Below are positions 28,866-36,754 of a DNA stretch of 64,000 nt, piece by piece. Where the stretch lies: the IMG/VR virus record IMGVR_UViG_3300012974_000540, positions 1 through 64,000 of that record; one strand, written 5' to 3'. Every line of letters starts with the position of its first letter. The first letter of the stretch is position 1. The position numbers were made by a program, and so were the translations under genes. The DNA is from a virus. Its lineage: Duplodnaviria; Caudoviricetes. The notes under the pieces were generated by a model. The model had not been told where the DNA came from. It did no database searches and saw only the letters and a list, made by a program, of their open reading frames with translations.

Positions 28866-28883
28866 CGTTTTCGCCGGCGAAAA

Positions 28884-29294
28884 TCAGGCCGTGTTCCGGT
28901 CCAGCCAGGCGAGCTGCTCGCCGATGCCCAGTCCATACATGGGCACCCTGTAGCGTGGCAGGTGCGGCGTCAGCGCCGCCCGGTAGGGTAGCCCGGCCAG
29001 GAAGACGACCGGCGGGATGGGATCGCCGCAGAGGTCGCGGAGCTGGTGCGCCACGCGGCTGCCCCAGCGGGCGCGTTCTGCGGCGTCGAGGTCGCGCAGC
29101 GTGAGGTCGTAGGGCTCCAGCACCTCCTCGGGGTCCACCAGCCCATGCTGGGCCGAGAGGATCATCCAGGGCGCGCCCTGGCGCTCGACGTAGCGCCGGG
29201 CCTTGGCGAACCATGGCGAGATGTAGAGGTCGCGGGCAATCCGCGCCTCGGGGGCCTTGGCCTTCACGCAGGCGACCAGGTGGAGGTCGTGCAT
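28884..29294 (-). CDS. DUF6884-like protein
   Basis: LVACVKAK...ARDLY.S.WF, W.ILSAQHGL, PYDLTL and GLGIGEQL motifs. Confidence 0.8.
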   Translation of the reverse strand: MHDLHLVACVKAKAPEARIARDLYISPWFAKARRYVERQGAPWMILSAQHGLVDPEEVLEPYDLTLRDLDAAERARWGSRVAHQLRDLCGDPIPPVVFLAGLPYRAALTPHLPRYRVPMYGLGIGEQLAWLDRNTA

Positions 29295-29299
29295 TCAGG

Positions 29300-29346
29300 G
29301 TCTCCTCATGCCGGTGAAAGTGCCGGCGACCGCCCGAGCGGTTTCG
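29300..29346 (-). ncRNA. hammerhead-like 11 (AUGAGGA)
   Basis: Same architecture; stem I GCCGGC/ACCGGC. Confidence 0.72.
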
Positions 29347-29351
29347 GTGGG

Positions 29352-29615
29352 TTAGGCCGCCTCGACCGGGGGCAGCCGGGCCTTCATGGCGCTGGCCTGG
29401 GCATCGGCCAGCAGCCGGAAGGTGCCGAGGTCGTGCAGGCGGTCCTGGCCGTCGATGATGATCCAGTAGGGATAATTGGCCGTGGGGTGTCCGCAATGGC
29501 GCACCTCCAGGCCTGGGTCGCGGATCGAGCGCCAGGCCACGGCCCGCCGGCGCTGGCCGTTGGTGTGCCAGGCGCAGGCTTCCCATCCCGCCATCACGAG
29601 GCGTTTGGTGGGCAT
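29352..29615 (-). CDS. hypothetical protein
   Basis: VRHCGHPTANYPY motif. Confidence 0.65.
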   Translation of the reverse strand: MPTKRLVMAGWEACAWHTNGQRRRAVAWRSIRDPGLEVRHCGHPTANYPYWIIIDGQDRLHDLGTFRLLADAQASAMKARLPPVEAA

Positions 29616-29619
29616 GTTT

Positions 29620-29665
29620 GTCTCCTCATGCCGGCGGAGGTGCCGGCGACCCCAGAGGGGTTTCG
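29620..29665 (-). ncRNA. hammerhead-like 12 (AUGAGGA)
   Basis: Same architecture. Confidence 0.75.
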
Positions 29666-29666
29666 C

Positions 29667-30038
29667 TCATCGCTCGCCGAAGCGGCACCCCACCTCGGCG
29701 CTCAGGGCCTCGGCGTGCAGCCCGGCATAGTCGAGCTGCAGGGGGGTGTAGTTGCTGAAATAATCGCGGTCGGTGTCGCCCGGCCGCAACGTCAGGAAGG
29801 CCATCACCGCCGCCACCGTCGCGTCGCTGTCGATCGCGTGGATCGGCGGGCAGCTAAAGTCCTCGCCCATGAACAGCGGGGCGTCCAGGCCGCTCTGCGT
29901 GAGCCGGTAGCCGATGACCCATCGGCCGTTCTGGGACCGGCCCGTGTCAAAGAGCGTCAGCGTGAAGGACGGCCCCATGCCCCGCCTGTAGGGGTGGAAC
30001 CGAACAAAGCGGATCGGTGTGCCCGAGGGCGTGTCCAT
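29667..30038 (-). CDS. hypothetical phage protein
   Basis: F.GEDF..P.HAIDSD...FLTLRPGDTD.DYF..YTP.QL. Confidence 0.7.
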   Translation of the reverse strand: MDTPSGTPIRFVRFHPYRRGMGPSFTLTLFDTGRSQNGRWVIGYRLTQSGLDAPLFMGEDFSCPPIHAIDSDATVAAVMAFLTLRPGDTDRDYFSNYTPLQLDYAGLHAEALSAEVGCRFGER

Positions 30039-30042
30039 GTTT

Positions 30043-30085
30043 GTCTCCTCATGCCCAAAGACGGGCGACCCCCGGAGGGGTTTCG
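30043..30085 (-). ncRNA. hammerhead-like 13 (AUGAGGA)
   Basis: Same architecture. Confidence 0.72.
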
Positions 30086-30091
30086 GTAGGG

Positions 30092-30604
30092 CTAGCCTCC
30101 GGCCGCGCTGGCCTCGACGGCCTGGCGGTAGATCGCCAGCGCCTCGGCGAAGGGCAGGCAGTTCAGGATCTGGTCGCAGTCCCGCAGCGTGGCGCGCGCC
30201 TTCTCCGGGTTCCGGGTCCACTGCTCCAGGGTCGCCTTCGGCAGCGACTTGGTCTCGTAGATCGGGGTCTGCCCCTGCTTCGTGAACAGGATGCGCCGCT
30301 TCAGGGCTGTCCGCAGATCGCGCTCCGTCAGCCAGTCGCTCAGCAGCTCGTCCACCAGGATCTCGCCGGTTTGCGGCATGGTGTGCGTTCGGCCGCCCAT
30401 GTCGTAGGACAGGGGAGGCAGCGTGGCCGCATAGGCGTTGAGCCGTTCTTCCAGCTCGCGCGGGTGGATCGAGGTGGGGCCACCATGGCCCCGGTTGCTG
30501 GCCTCGCCCGCGCGTTTGCCATCGACATAGATCGATGCCGTGAAGCAGCGCGTCTCCTCGCTCATGGAGGCGACGTACTGCACGTTCCGCAGCTCGATTT
30601 TCAT
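30092..30604 (-). CDS. hypothetical phage protein
   Basis: MKIELRNV....MSEETRCF.A.IYVDGK.....N.GHGG. Confidence 0.72.
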   Translation of the reverse strand: MKIELRNVQYVASMSEETRCFTASIYVDGKRAGEASNRGHGGPTSIHPRELEERLNAYAATLPPLSYDMGGRTHTMPQTGEILVDELLSDWLTERDLRTALKRRILFTKQGQTPIYETKSLPKATLEQWTRNPEKARATLRDCDQILNCLPFAEALAIYRQAVEASAAGG

Positions 30605-30609
30605 GGGGT

Positions 30610-30661
30610 GTCTCTCATCAAGCCCGCGATGGTGCGGGCGACCTGACAGCGTCAGGTTTCG
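30610..30661 (-). ncRNA. hammerhead-like 14 (UUGAUGA; upstream stop codon in stem III)
   Basis: UC GAAA CCUGAC-GCU-GUCAGG UC GCCCGC ACCAUC GCGGGC UUGAUGA GA. Confidence 0.8.
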
Positions 30662-30942
30662 ATGCGTACGTTCCTTTCCGGGGTGATGCGGCTCTGCGCA
30701 TCCCGCCAGGGGCGGTCGTCCTTCCAGACGCGGCGGTTGTAGTGCCACTGCGCCAGGGTGAGGCGGGCATAGCCCTCCAGCAGCGGCTGGGTGCGGATGC
30801 CGCCATCGGCCGCGGTGAAATGCTCCGTGGCGACCTCCTCGCCCGCTTTCGTGCAGCGGATCTGGATCCAGCCGTCCTGGTAGTCACCGTGGACGGTGCG
30901 GCCCTCGTCGTCCGCCGCCTGGGCGGTGAAGGACGTGCTCAT
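30652..30942 (-). CDS. hypothetical protein
   Basis: ATGA overlap; stop lies inside the ribozyme. Confidence 0.6.
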   Translation of the reverse strand: MSTSFTAQAADDEGRTVHGDYQDGWIQIRCTKAGEEVATEHFTAADGGIRTQPLLEGYARLTLAQWHYNRRVWKDDRPWRDAQSRITPERNVRIET

Positions 30943-31295
30943 GCCTCGTGCTCCAATTCGTCGTCTTCCGGCAGGCCGGCTGCGAGCTTCTGGACCATCA
31001 GCCGCATGTTGTTTGCGAGGATGGTCTGCTCGCGCCGCAGCCGGTCCAGGGCGCCGATGGCGGCTTGCAGCTCCTCGGACAGGCCGGCGCTGAATCGCTC
31101 CAGCCGCCTGATGCGAGAGCTTTGCACCTGCTTGTCCCCGATCAGGAGCGCCAGTGCGGCGGCGATCTGCTTCGCCTCCGTCTCCGGGTCGGGGCCGGGC
31201 TGATAGATCTCGATCAGCTCGGGCCGTCCGGACTGGATGGCGAGCGCGACCGCGCCCGGCACCGTGAGGTCCGTTGTGAAGATGGATGAGCGCAT
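30939..31295 (-). CDS. hypothetical coiled-coil protein
   Basis: Start after the ribozyme SD. Confidence 0.6.
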   Translation of the reverse strand: MRSSIFTTDLTVPGAVALAIQSGRPELIEIYQPGPDPETEAKQIAAALALLIGDKQVQSSRIRRLERFSAGLSEELQAAIGALDRLRREQTILANNMRLMVQKLAAGLPEDDELEHEA

Positions 31296-31298
31296 GTG

Positions 31299-31348
31299 GT
31301 CTCCTCATGCCCGCGATGGTGCGGGCGACCTGACGGTGTCAGGTTTCG
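31299..31348 (-). ncRNA. hammerhead-like 15 (AUGAGGA; upstream stop codon in stem III)
   Basis: GAAA CCUGAC-ACC-GUCAGG UC GCCCGC ACCAUC GCGGGC AUGAGGA G. Confidence 0.75.
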
Positions 31349-31569
31349 GTCTGTCGCCGCCTCAGCTCATCTCGAAAGATGCTGAGGTGCAGGTGGCAGA
31401 GCTGTCGGTTTATCCGCCGGCCCAGGTGAACACCGAGCACCGGCGCGATGTCCGGCAGGGCCAGGGTCTCCTGCGTGCTCCGGATATGCCAGCGCAGGCG
31501 CGCTTTCGGCCAGAGCCGCGCGGATGCGCGCAGCTCCTCCGCGTGTCGGCAGGCCGCCGCATCGCTCAC
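31339..31569 (-). CDS. hypothetical protein
   Basis: GTGA overlap. Confidence 0.55.
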   Translation of the reverse strand: MSDAAACRHAEELRASARLWPKARLRWHIRSTQETLALPDIAPVLGVHLGRRINRQLCHLHLSIFRDELRRRQTET

Positions 31570-31952
31570 GCGCTGGCCGCCGCCGGGAAGGGGTCCGTCA
31601 GGGGGCTGAAGATCTCCGCGTCGCCCGAGGCGCTGTCGGCCTCCGGGCGCGTCCAGGCGAAGAACCCCATCGGGTCACCGCCCGGGCGCGAATTGGCGGT
31701 CGCCTTGTCGAAGCCCGGCGGCTTCCGCTGGGTGCGGTTCGCCATCGTGGTGGAGATCATGAAGCTCCGGTGCCGGTTCGCCGCGTGAACGTGCTCCCCG
31801 AAGGCCTGCACCTTCTCGGGCAGCTCGGAGATGCGGCGGATGCCGACGATCTCCTGCGGCGGGCGGCTGCCCAGCGAGAAGCTGGTCTTGAAGCCCACGT
31901 CGGTCCGCACCGCGGGGAGGGCGGTGAGCTTGATCAGATAGGTTGTCGCCAA
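31566..31952 (-). CDS. hypothetical protein
   Basis: TTG start after the ribozyme SD; RKPPGFDKA. Confidence 0.6.
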   Translation of the reverse strand: MATTYLIKLTALPAVRTDVGFKTSFSLGSRPPQEIVGIRRISELPEKVQAFGEHVHAANRHRSFMISTTMANRTQRKPPGFDKATANSRPGGDPMGFFAWTRPEADSASGDAEIFSPLTDPFPAAASA

Positions 31953-31960
31953 GGGTCTTA

Positions 31961-32010
31961 CTCCTCATGCCCGCGAATGTGCGGGCGACCCCCGAGGAGA
32001 GGGGGTTTCG
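31961..32010 (-). ncRNA. hammerhead-like 16 (AUGAGGA; anti-SD in loop III)
   Basis: GAAA CCCCC-UCUCCUC-GGGGG UC GCCCGC ACAUUC GCGGGC AUGAGGA G. Confidence 0.75.
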
Positions 32011-32382
32011 TCAGCCCTTGGCGGGCTGGGTCATCAGGGCGATGGCCTCCTCGGCCAGCCTGATGACGGTCTCGTTCCAGGCGCGCTGCTCCTCCAGCGT
32101 GTAGGGATACCAGCTCGCGGGGCGCAGCCACACGCCATCCACCAGACGCAGGTACATGGCGTCGTCGGGAGCGACGTCGTCCGGCATCAGCGGGGCGTCG
32201 TCGTCCGCCTTGTCCTGCTCCGGCGGGTCGTCCTGGTTGTCGTAGTAACCCGGCGGCGGCGTCTCGGGGCTGAGCAGTTCCGGCCCGCCTGGCACGCTGC
32301 CGTCCAGGTCGTCGATCCAGCGGCCCGTGGCGCGGCTGCCCCGGATGATCTCCTGCAGCCTGGCGACGATCGCTTCGTCCAT
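32011..32382 (-). CDS. hypothetical protein
   Basis: Exactly bounded by ribozymes 17 and 16. Confidence 0.6.
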   Translation of the reverse strand: MDEAIVARLQEIIRGSRATGRWIDDLDGSVPGGPELLSPETPPPGYYDNQDDPPEQDKADDDAPLMPDDVAPDDAMYLRLVDGVWLRPASWYPYTLEEQRAWNETVIRLAEEAIALMTQPAKG

Positions 32383-32386
32383 GTTT

Positions 32387-32436
32387 GTCTCCTCATGCCC
32401 GCAGGTGCGCGGGCGACCGCCACGGGGGCGGTTTCG
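32387..32436 (-). ncRNA. hammerhead-like 17 (AUGAGGA)
   Basis: Same architecture. Confidence 0.75.
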
Positions 32437-32440
32437 ATGC

Positions 32441-33331
32441 TCAGGGCCGCACGATGGTCATCGGCGGTGAGTGGCCGCCGCCGTGGATGGCGGTGGCACG
32501 CACCGGGATCTGGCGGCCATCTTGCAGCGTTCGGGTGTGTGCGCGGCGCCAGTGCGGCGCAACGGTGGCGCCTGTCGGTGCTCCACGCTGCCTGGATCTC
32601 TCCGCCCCAAGCTGGCTGAGCGAGAGGACGCGGATGCTGGAGAGAGGCCGTAAGCGCCCCCTCTCCCGACCCCGGTTCATCTCCCTCCAGGCCTGCGTTT
32701 CCGGGGCGTCCCGCACCTCGACCTCGCCATCTCCCCGGCCGCTGTCCGCCAGGGCGGTTGCGAGGGCGATGCAGTACAGGACCTGCTCCTTGTAGGCTCT
32801 CAGGTCCTGCTCCCGTTCCTCGGGTGTCTGCGGGTCGTCCTTCTCTGGCAGGCCAGGCATTTCCAGACGGACGACGGCGAGCGCCTGCATGGCGAATGAG
32901 TAGCGCCAGCCGGAGGTGATGAGATACCACGGCGACGTCCGTCCGGTGACGGGATCGACGTCGCGCCATGCCTCGAAGCACGTCCAGCTTCCATCGGTCT
33001 CGTCAGCTTGGAGGAACAGGAGAACCTGCTCCACGATGTCCGGGAACTCAGGATCGGTGGTGCCGGTATTCAGCATGAAGACGCATTCGGGGTGCGGCAG
33101 CGGCGGGGCCTGATCCAGCGTGATCTGCCCACCCTGCATGGCGTGGACGCGCTCCACCACCACCGGGTCCGCGAAAGCGAAGACCGGCACGGTCAACCAA
33201 TCCTGCGGAAGCCGGATCTCCCGATACTCGCCGTGGGTGCCGAACGACACGCGGAGACGACCCTTGCGGGCCGCCTCCACGAATGCCGAAAATGCGTCCG
33301 GGAATGCCGGAACCTTGTCGGCGGCGGGCAT
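32441..33331 (-). CDS. hypothetical phage protein with C-terminal PHWRRAH.R motif
   Basis: LPHPEC; VAPHWRRAHTR motif common in phage proteins. Confidence 0.65.
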   Translation of the reverse strand: MPAADKVPAFPDAFSAFVEAARKGRLRVSFGTHGEYREIRLPQDWLTVPVFAFADPVVVERVHAMQGGQITLDQAPPLPHPECVFMLNTGTTDPEFPDIVEQVLLFLQADETDGSWTCFEAWRDVDPVTGRTSPWYLITSGWRYSFAMQALAVVRLEMPGLPEKDDPQTPEEREQDLRAYKEQVLYCIALATALADSGRGDGEVEVRDAPETQAWREMNRGRERGRLRPLSSIRVLSLSQLGAERSRQRGAPTGATVAPHWRRAHTRTLQDGRQIPVRATAIHGGGHSPPMTIVRP

Positions 33332-33684
33332 CACGCGACATCCTCGGCCGTGTCGAGGCCGGCGTCGTCGTAGAGCTCTTTCGCCAGGCGGCCGTGCCCG
33401 AAGAACGCCATCACCTCCTCGATGGTGGTGCAGACGGCGCCTTCGTGGCGGGTGCGCTCGCCCTGCCACTGCGAGAAGCCGACGCGCTCGCAGACATACT
33501 TTCCGCCCTCGGTTTCGTAGAGCGCCAATGCCTGCCTGCGGCCGGTGCTGCCCGAGAAGTCCGGGCTGGCGGTGTCCCAGGAATTGCTGGCGGCACCGAG
33601 GAGCCATCCCTTGAACCGGATGGGCCGCTCCTTGTCCCGCTCCAAGACGTGGGCCCTGGCTGGGGGCTTGGTGTCGTCGGTCAT
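33331..33684 (-). CDS. hypothetical phage protein
   Basis: RD..RPIRF.G.LL, LYET.GGKYV, FFG...LAKELY..AG. Confidence 0.7.
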   Translation of the reverse strand: MTDDTKPPARAHVLERDKERPIRFKGWLLGAASNSWDTASPDFSGSTGRRQALALYETEGGKYVCERVGFSQWQGERTRHEGAVCTTIEEVMAFFGHGRLAKELYDDAGLDTAEDVA

Positions 33685-33780
33685 GATGTTTCCTCGCCCG
33701 AAGACGCAGTCGGGCCTCTGCTGCCGCACAGCGGCACAAGAAGGGTGCCCCGGCGTCGTGGCCGGGCACAACCCTTTCGG

Positions 33781-33827
33781 TTCTCGTCAAGCCGGCGTGA
33801 TTGCCGGCGACCCCCGTGGGGGTTTCG
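33781..33827 (-). ncRNA. hammerhead-like 18 (UUGACGA)
   Basis: GAAACCCCC..GGGGGUC GCCGGC AAUCAC GCCGGC UUGACGA G. Confidence 0.78.
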
Positions 33828-33828
33828 C

Positions 33829-34308
33829 TCAAGCGTGCTGCTCGTCCAGATCGTCCGTCCCGATCACATCGGAGACGAAGACATCCTTCAGCTCCGGTTC
33901 GGGCCAATAGGAGCCGTGGTTGGAGGCCATGTCGTCCATGGCCTGGCCGATCTCGCCGTTGAGATTGGCCTCGACGATGGCGATCGCTTCCTCGGCGCTG
34001 CTGGCCTCGACTTCGACGGCGCCATCACCGGTGCTTTCCGGATAAAGGAACTCCATGCAGATCTGATAGAATTGCGAGCCGGAGCCGCCGTTCAGCTCCC
34101 GCAGGGCATCCTCGTAATCGAGCAGGACCAGGGGATGCTGGCGCGGCAGGGCCAGCGCGGGCTCGCTGTCGTGGGTCAGATAGGCGTGGCGGCCGGTCAG
34201 GGCAGCCGCGGCCGCCTTGCGGACGGCGCGGGGGCCGTAATCGGCCGCGATCTCCTCGAAGCTGCGCAGGCGGCGGGTGCCGGGGCGCAGAACAAAGATG
34301 TCGGACAT
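33829..34308 (-). CDS. hypothetical protein, paralog of 34692-35177
   Basis: RKAAAAALTGRH; VEASSAEEA. Confidence 0.65.
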   Translation of the reverse strand: MSDIFVLRPGTRRLRSFEEIAADYGPRAVRKAAAAALTGRHAYLTHDSEPALALPRQHPLVLLDYEDALRELNGGSGSQFYQICMEFLYPESTGDGAVEVEASSAEEAIAIVEANLNGEIGQAMDDMASNHGSYWPEPELKDVFVSDVIGTDDLDEQHA

Positions 34309-34314
34309 CGCGCG

Positions 34315-34361
34315 TTCTCGTCATGCTGGCGGGATTGCCAGCGACCGCCGGGGCGGTTTCG
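34315..34361 (-). ncRNA. hammerhead-like 19 (AUGACGA)
   Basis: Stem I covaried to GCUGGC/GCCAGC. Confidence 0.75.
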
Positions 34362-34362
34362 G

Positions 34363-34632
34363 TCAGCGCGTTTTTTTGCAGAGCCGTGGGGCCTGCCGGG
34401 GCGGGATGCCGTCCACCACCTCGACCTCCGCCTCCGTGCTGATCCACAACCGCGCGCCGCAGGAGAGCGGCTTGTCGGGTGAATAGACGATGCGGCAGGG
34501 GCCATGGATGACCAGCTCGCTGGCGTAGCGGCGGTGGCGTCCCTCTCGGATGATGACCGGCGGCTCCCGCTGCTCCGGCGCGACATGCATGTTGCGCCGG
34601 ATGCGGTGCTGATAGACGTGAATGAGCTTCAC
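34363..34632 (-). CDS. hypothetical phage protein
   Basis: IHV.QH.IR.N...EPP..., GP..IVYSPDKPLSCGARLWI.T. Confidence 0.72.
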   Translation of the reverse strand: MKLIHVYQHRIRRNMHVAPEQREPPVIIREGRHRRYASELVIHGPCRIVYSPDKPLSCGARLWISTEAEVEVVDGIPPRQAPRLCKKTR

Positions 34633-34639
34633 GGAGGGG

Positions 34640-34687
34640 CCTCTTCAAGCCGGCGGATGTGCCGGCGACCGCCCTGCGGCGGTTTCG
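34640..34687 (-). ncRNA. hammerhead-like 20 (UUGAAGA)
   Basis: Same architecture. Confidence 0.78.
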
Positions 34688-34691
34688 CTGT

Positions 34692-35177
34692 TTAGATCGG
34701 GTTGATGTCCCCGATGGCGTATCTGACCGGATAGGGGTTCGGGTAGTCGTGCATTTCGTGCGCGGACTCCAGAGCCTCCGAGACGTAGCCGTTGTGGTCG
34801 TTGTTGGCTTCCTGCAGCGCCTCCTCGGCGCTGTTGGCGCGGATCGGCACGCGACCTTCGACTTCCGTGGCCGGGAACTCGAAGGTGACATAGACCATGT
34901 AGCGGCGCTTCTCGCCGTCCTGCCTCGTCAGCTCCTCCACGACGTCGCTGTGGGCGACGTAGCGCAGGATGTGGTTGCGCGGCAGGATGACGGTCTGCGG
35001 CGCGTTGGCCTGGCGCTCCCGGTCGTCCACCAGCAGGTGGCGCCCGGTCAGCGCGGCCATCGCCGCCTTGCGGGCGACCGCATCGCCAAAGCTGACGCGG
35101 ATCCACTCAAAGCTCTGCGCGGTGCGCAGCCCGTTGCGGAGGACGATCACGTCGCCCTCGGTTTCAAAGACGGACAT
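34692..35177 (-). CDS. hypothetical protein, paralog of 33829-34308
   Basis: RKAAMAALTGRH; IRANSAEEA. Confidence 0.65.
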   Translation of the reverse strand: MSVFETEGDVIVLRNGLRTAQSFEWIRVSFGDAVARKAAMAALTGRHLLVDDRERQANAPQTVILPRNHILRYVAHSDVVEELTRQDGEKRRYMVYVTFEFPATEVEGRVPIRANSAEEALQEANNDHNGYVSEALESAHEMHDYPNPYPVRYAIGDINPI

Positions 35178-35182
35178 GGTGT

Positions 35183-35239
35183 GCATGCTCTTCATGCCGG
35201 CGGGATTGCCGGCGACCCCTCTACGGGGTTTCGCGATGC
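35183..35239 (-). ncRNA. hammerhead-like 21 (AUGAAGA; upstream stop codon in loop III)
   Basis: GCAUCGC GAAA CCCC-GUAGA-GGGG UC GCCGGC AAUCCC GCCGGC AUGAAGA GCAUGC. Confidence 0.77.
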
Positions 35240-35610
35240 GACAGCGAGAGCGCCAGATTGATGTGGGTGATCTGCTGGTGCAGTTCCAGGATCCAGGGCG
35301 CGTCGAGGGGTTCCAATGTCTCGGCATTGCCCTGGACGGTCGCCTGCCGGAAGGCGCTGTCGCGCTCATCCTCCAGCAGGTTCCGCACATCCATCAGCGC
35401 CGCGCGGGTGGCCGCCACGAAGTGGCCCGGCGGACCCAGCACCCGGTGCAGCAGCGCGGCGAAGGTCTTCGAGAGGTGCAGCGTCCCGCCCCTGGCGGAG
35501 TGGTAGGCGGCCTCGGCCCGGCCTGGGCCATCCGCCAGCCGGTAGCCCGGCGGGCAGCCGGCCTGCCAGAAGCGCTGGCGGTCCATCATTATCTGCATGT
35601 CTGCATGCAT
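35221..35610 (-). CDS. hypothetical protein
   Basis: Bounded by ribozymes. Confidence 0.55.
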   Translation of the reverse strand: MHADMQIMMDRQRFWQAGCPPGYRLADGPGRAEAAYHSARGGTLHLSKTFAALLHRVLGPPGHFVAATRAALMDVRNLLEDERDSAFRQATVQGNAETLEPLDAPWILELHQQITHINLALSLSHRETP

Positions 35611-35617
35611 GCATGCG

Positions 35618-35664
35618 GTCTCCTCGTCATGCCAGTGAAGCTGGCGACCCCTCGCGGGGTTTCG
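35618..35664 (-). ncRNA. hammerhead-like 22 (AUGACGA)
   Basis: Stem I covaried to GCCAG/CUGGC. Confidence 0.75.
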
Positions 35665-35683
35665 GTTTCGCGGGCCTTTGGGG

Positions 35684-36148
35684 TCACGCGGTGGCGGGTG
35701 TCGTCGCCAGCAGCATGGCCTTCAGGTCGTCCCAGCGGGAGCAGGTGTAGCCGGGCAGGCGATGCTGGATGTCCTCCTCGGCCGACGCTATCGCGTTGCG
35801 CAGGCAGCGGAGGCGTTGTTCGGACGGCTCCCGGAGGTAGCTGGCCCAGTCGTCGTGCAGGCACTGCATCAGGAGCAGGATGGTGCTATCGGCGCCGAGG
35901 AAGCGCGGCGCCAGGTAGCCGCGGACCTGCAGCCCGCCCTTGCCCTCCATGTAGGGCTGGTAGAGGCTCGGGGAGATCAGCGCGCCCAGGGCGCACATGA
36001 GTCCGTCCGGCCCGCGATAGAGGCAGTCGCCGCTTTCGTTGACGCTCGGGCGCCCCTGATCGAGCAGGTGCGCCACGATGGCGTCGATGGCGGCGGTGGT
36101 GGCCTCGCGCTGGGTCTGGCCACCGGGGTCGATGTTGGTTTCGGACAT
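35684..36148 (-). CDS. hypothetical phage protein
   Basis: HLL.QG..S....C.YRGPDG.MCA.G.LI; LQ..HD-like motif. Confidence 0.72.
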   Translation of the reverse strand: MSETNIDPGGQTQREATTAAIDAIVAHLLDQGRPSVNESGDCLYRGPDGLMCALGALISPSLYQPYMEGKGGLQVRGYLAPRFLGADSTILLLMQCLHDDWASYLREPSEQRLRCLRNAIASAEEDIQHRLPGYTCSRWDDLKAMLLATTPATA

Positions 36149-36159
36149 GGATATGTCGT

Positions 36160-36228
36160 CCTTTTCATCCGGCGAAGGTGCCGGAACCAAAAGAGGCCGC
36201 CCAACGGTGATTGGGCGGCCTCTTGGTC
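36160..36228 (-). ncRNA. degenerate hammerhead 23 whose stem III is a terminator-like hairpin
   Basis: Stem I CCGGC-ACCUUC-GCCGG and AUGAAAA retained; GAAA missing; 14-bp hairpin plus U-run at 36189-36224. Confidence 0.5.
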
Positions 36229-36667
36229 ATGCGTAGCTGGGGTTCAGTGACGGCAGATCGACCCGCGCCCGCAGCGTCCGGAAACGCATCCCGTCGCCGG
36301 GGGCGGCGATCACCAGCGGCTCGGTGAGCCACTGGATCTGGTCTTCGGTGACGCGGTTCAGCGCGTCACGCGGCCGGAGTTGGTAGCCGTCCAGCGACAG
36401 CGCGATCAGGTAGCGCGTGCCGTCGGGCCGGTATTGTTCCCCATCGACGCTGACCACCAGGACGCTGCAATCGCTGTCCTGGTAGAGGCCCAGCGCCTCA
36501 ACCTGGAGGTCGTGGCGCGGGAAGTGGTCGGGAACGGTGCCATACGTGTGGGTGAGCTGCAGACCGAAGATGTCGGATGCGACCGGCGGAAAGTTTTGAA
36601 ACAGCCGGTCGCGAACGGCATCGGGGATCGGCGCCGTCACGCGCATGACAGGGTGCCTCTTGCTCAT
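36227..36667 (-). CDS. possible degenerate 2H-phosphoesterase-like protein
   Basis: LF..FPP, LVVSVDG...RPDG.RY and SLD..RP.D scaffold; the expected HxT positions read LQLT and YLIA. Confidence 0.4.
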   Translation of the reverse strand: MSKRHPVMRVTAPIPDAVRDRLFQNFPPVASDIFGLQLTHTYGTVPDHFPRHDLQVEALGLYQDSDCSVLVVSVDGEQYRPDGTRYLIALSLDGYQLRPRDALNRVTEDQIQWLTEPLVIAAPGDGMRFRTLRARVDLPSLNPSYA

Positions 36668-36675
36668 GTGTGTAT

Positions 36676-36721
36676 GCTCTTCAGGCCGGCTGGAGTGCCG
36701 GCTACCCCATGCGGGGTTTCG
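36676..36721 (-). ncRNA. type II hammerhead 24 (canonical CUGAAGA, GUA site)
   Basis: C GAAA CCCC-GCAU-GGGG UA GCCGGC ACUCCA GCCGGC CUGAAGA G. Confidence 0.82.
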
Positions 36722-36754
36722 TGTCGCGCCATGGATGGCGAGCATGCGACGTGG

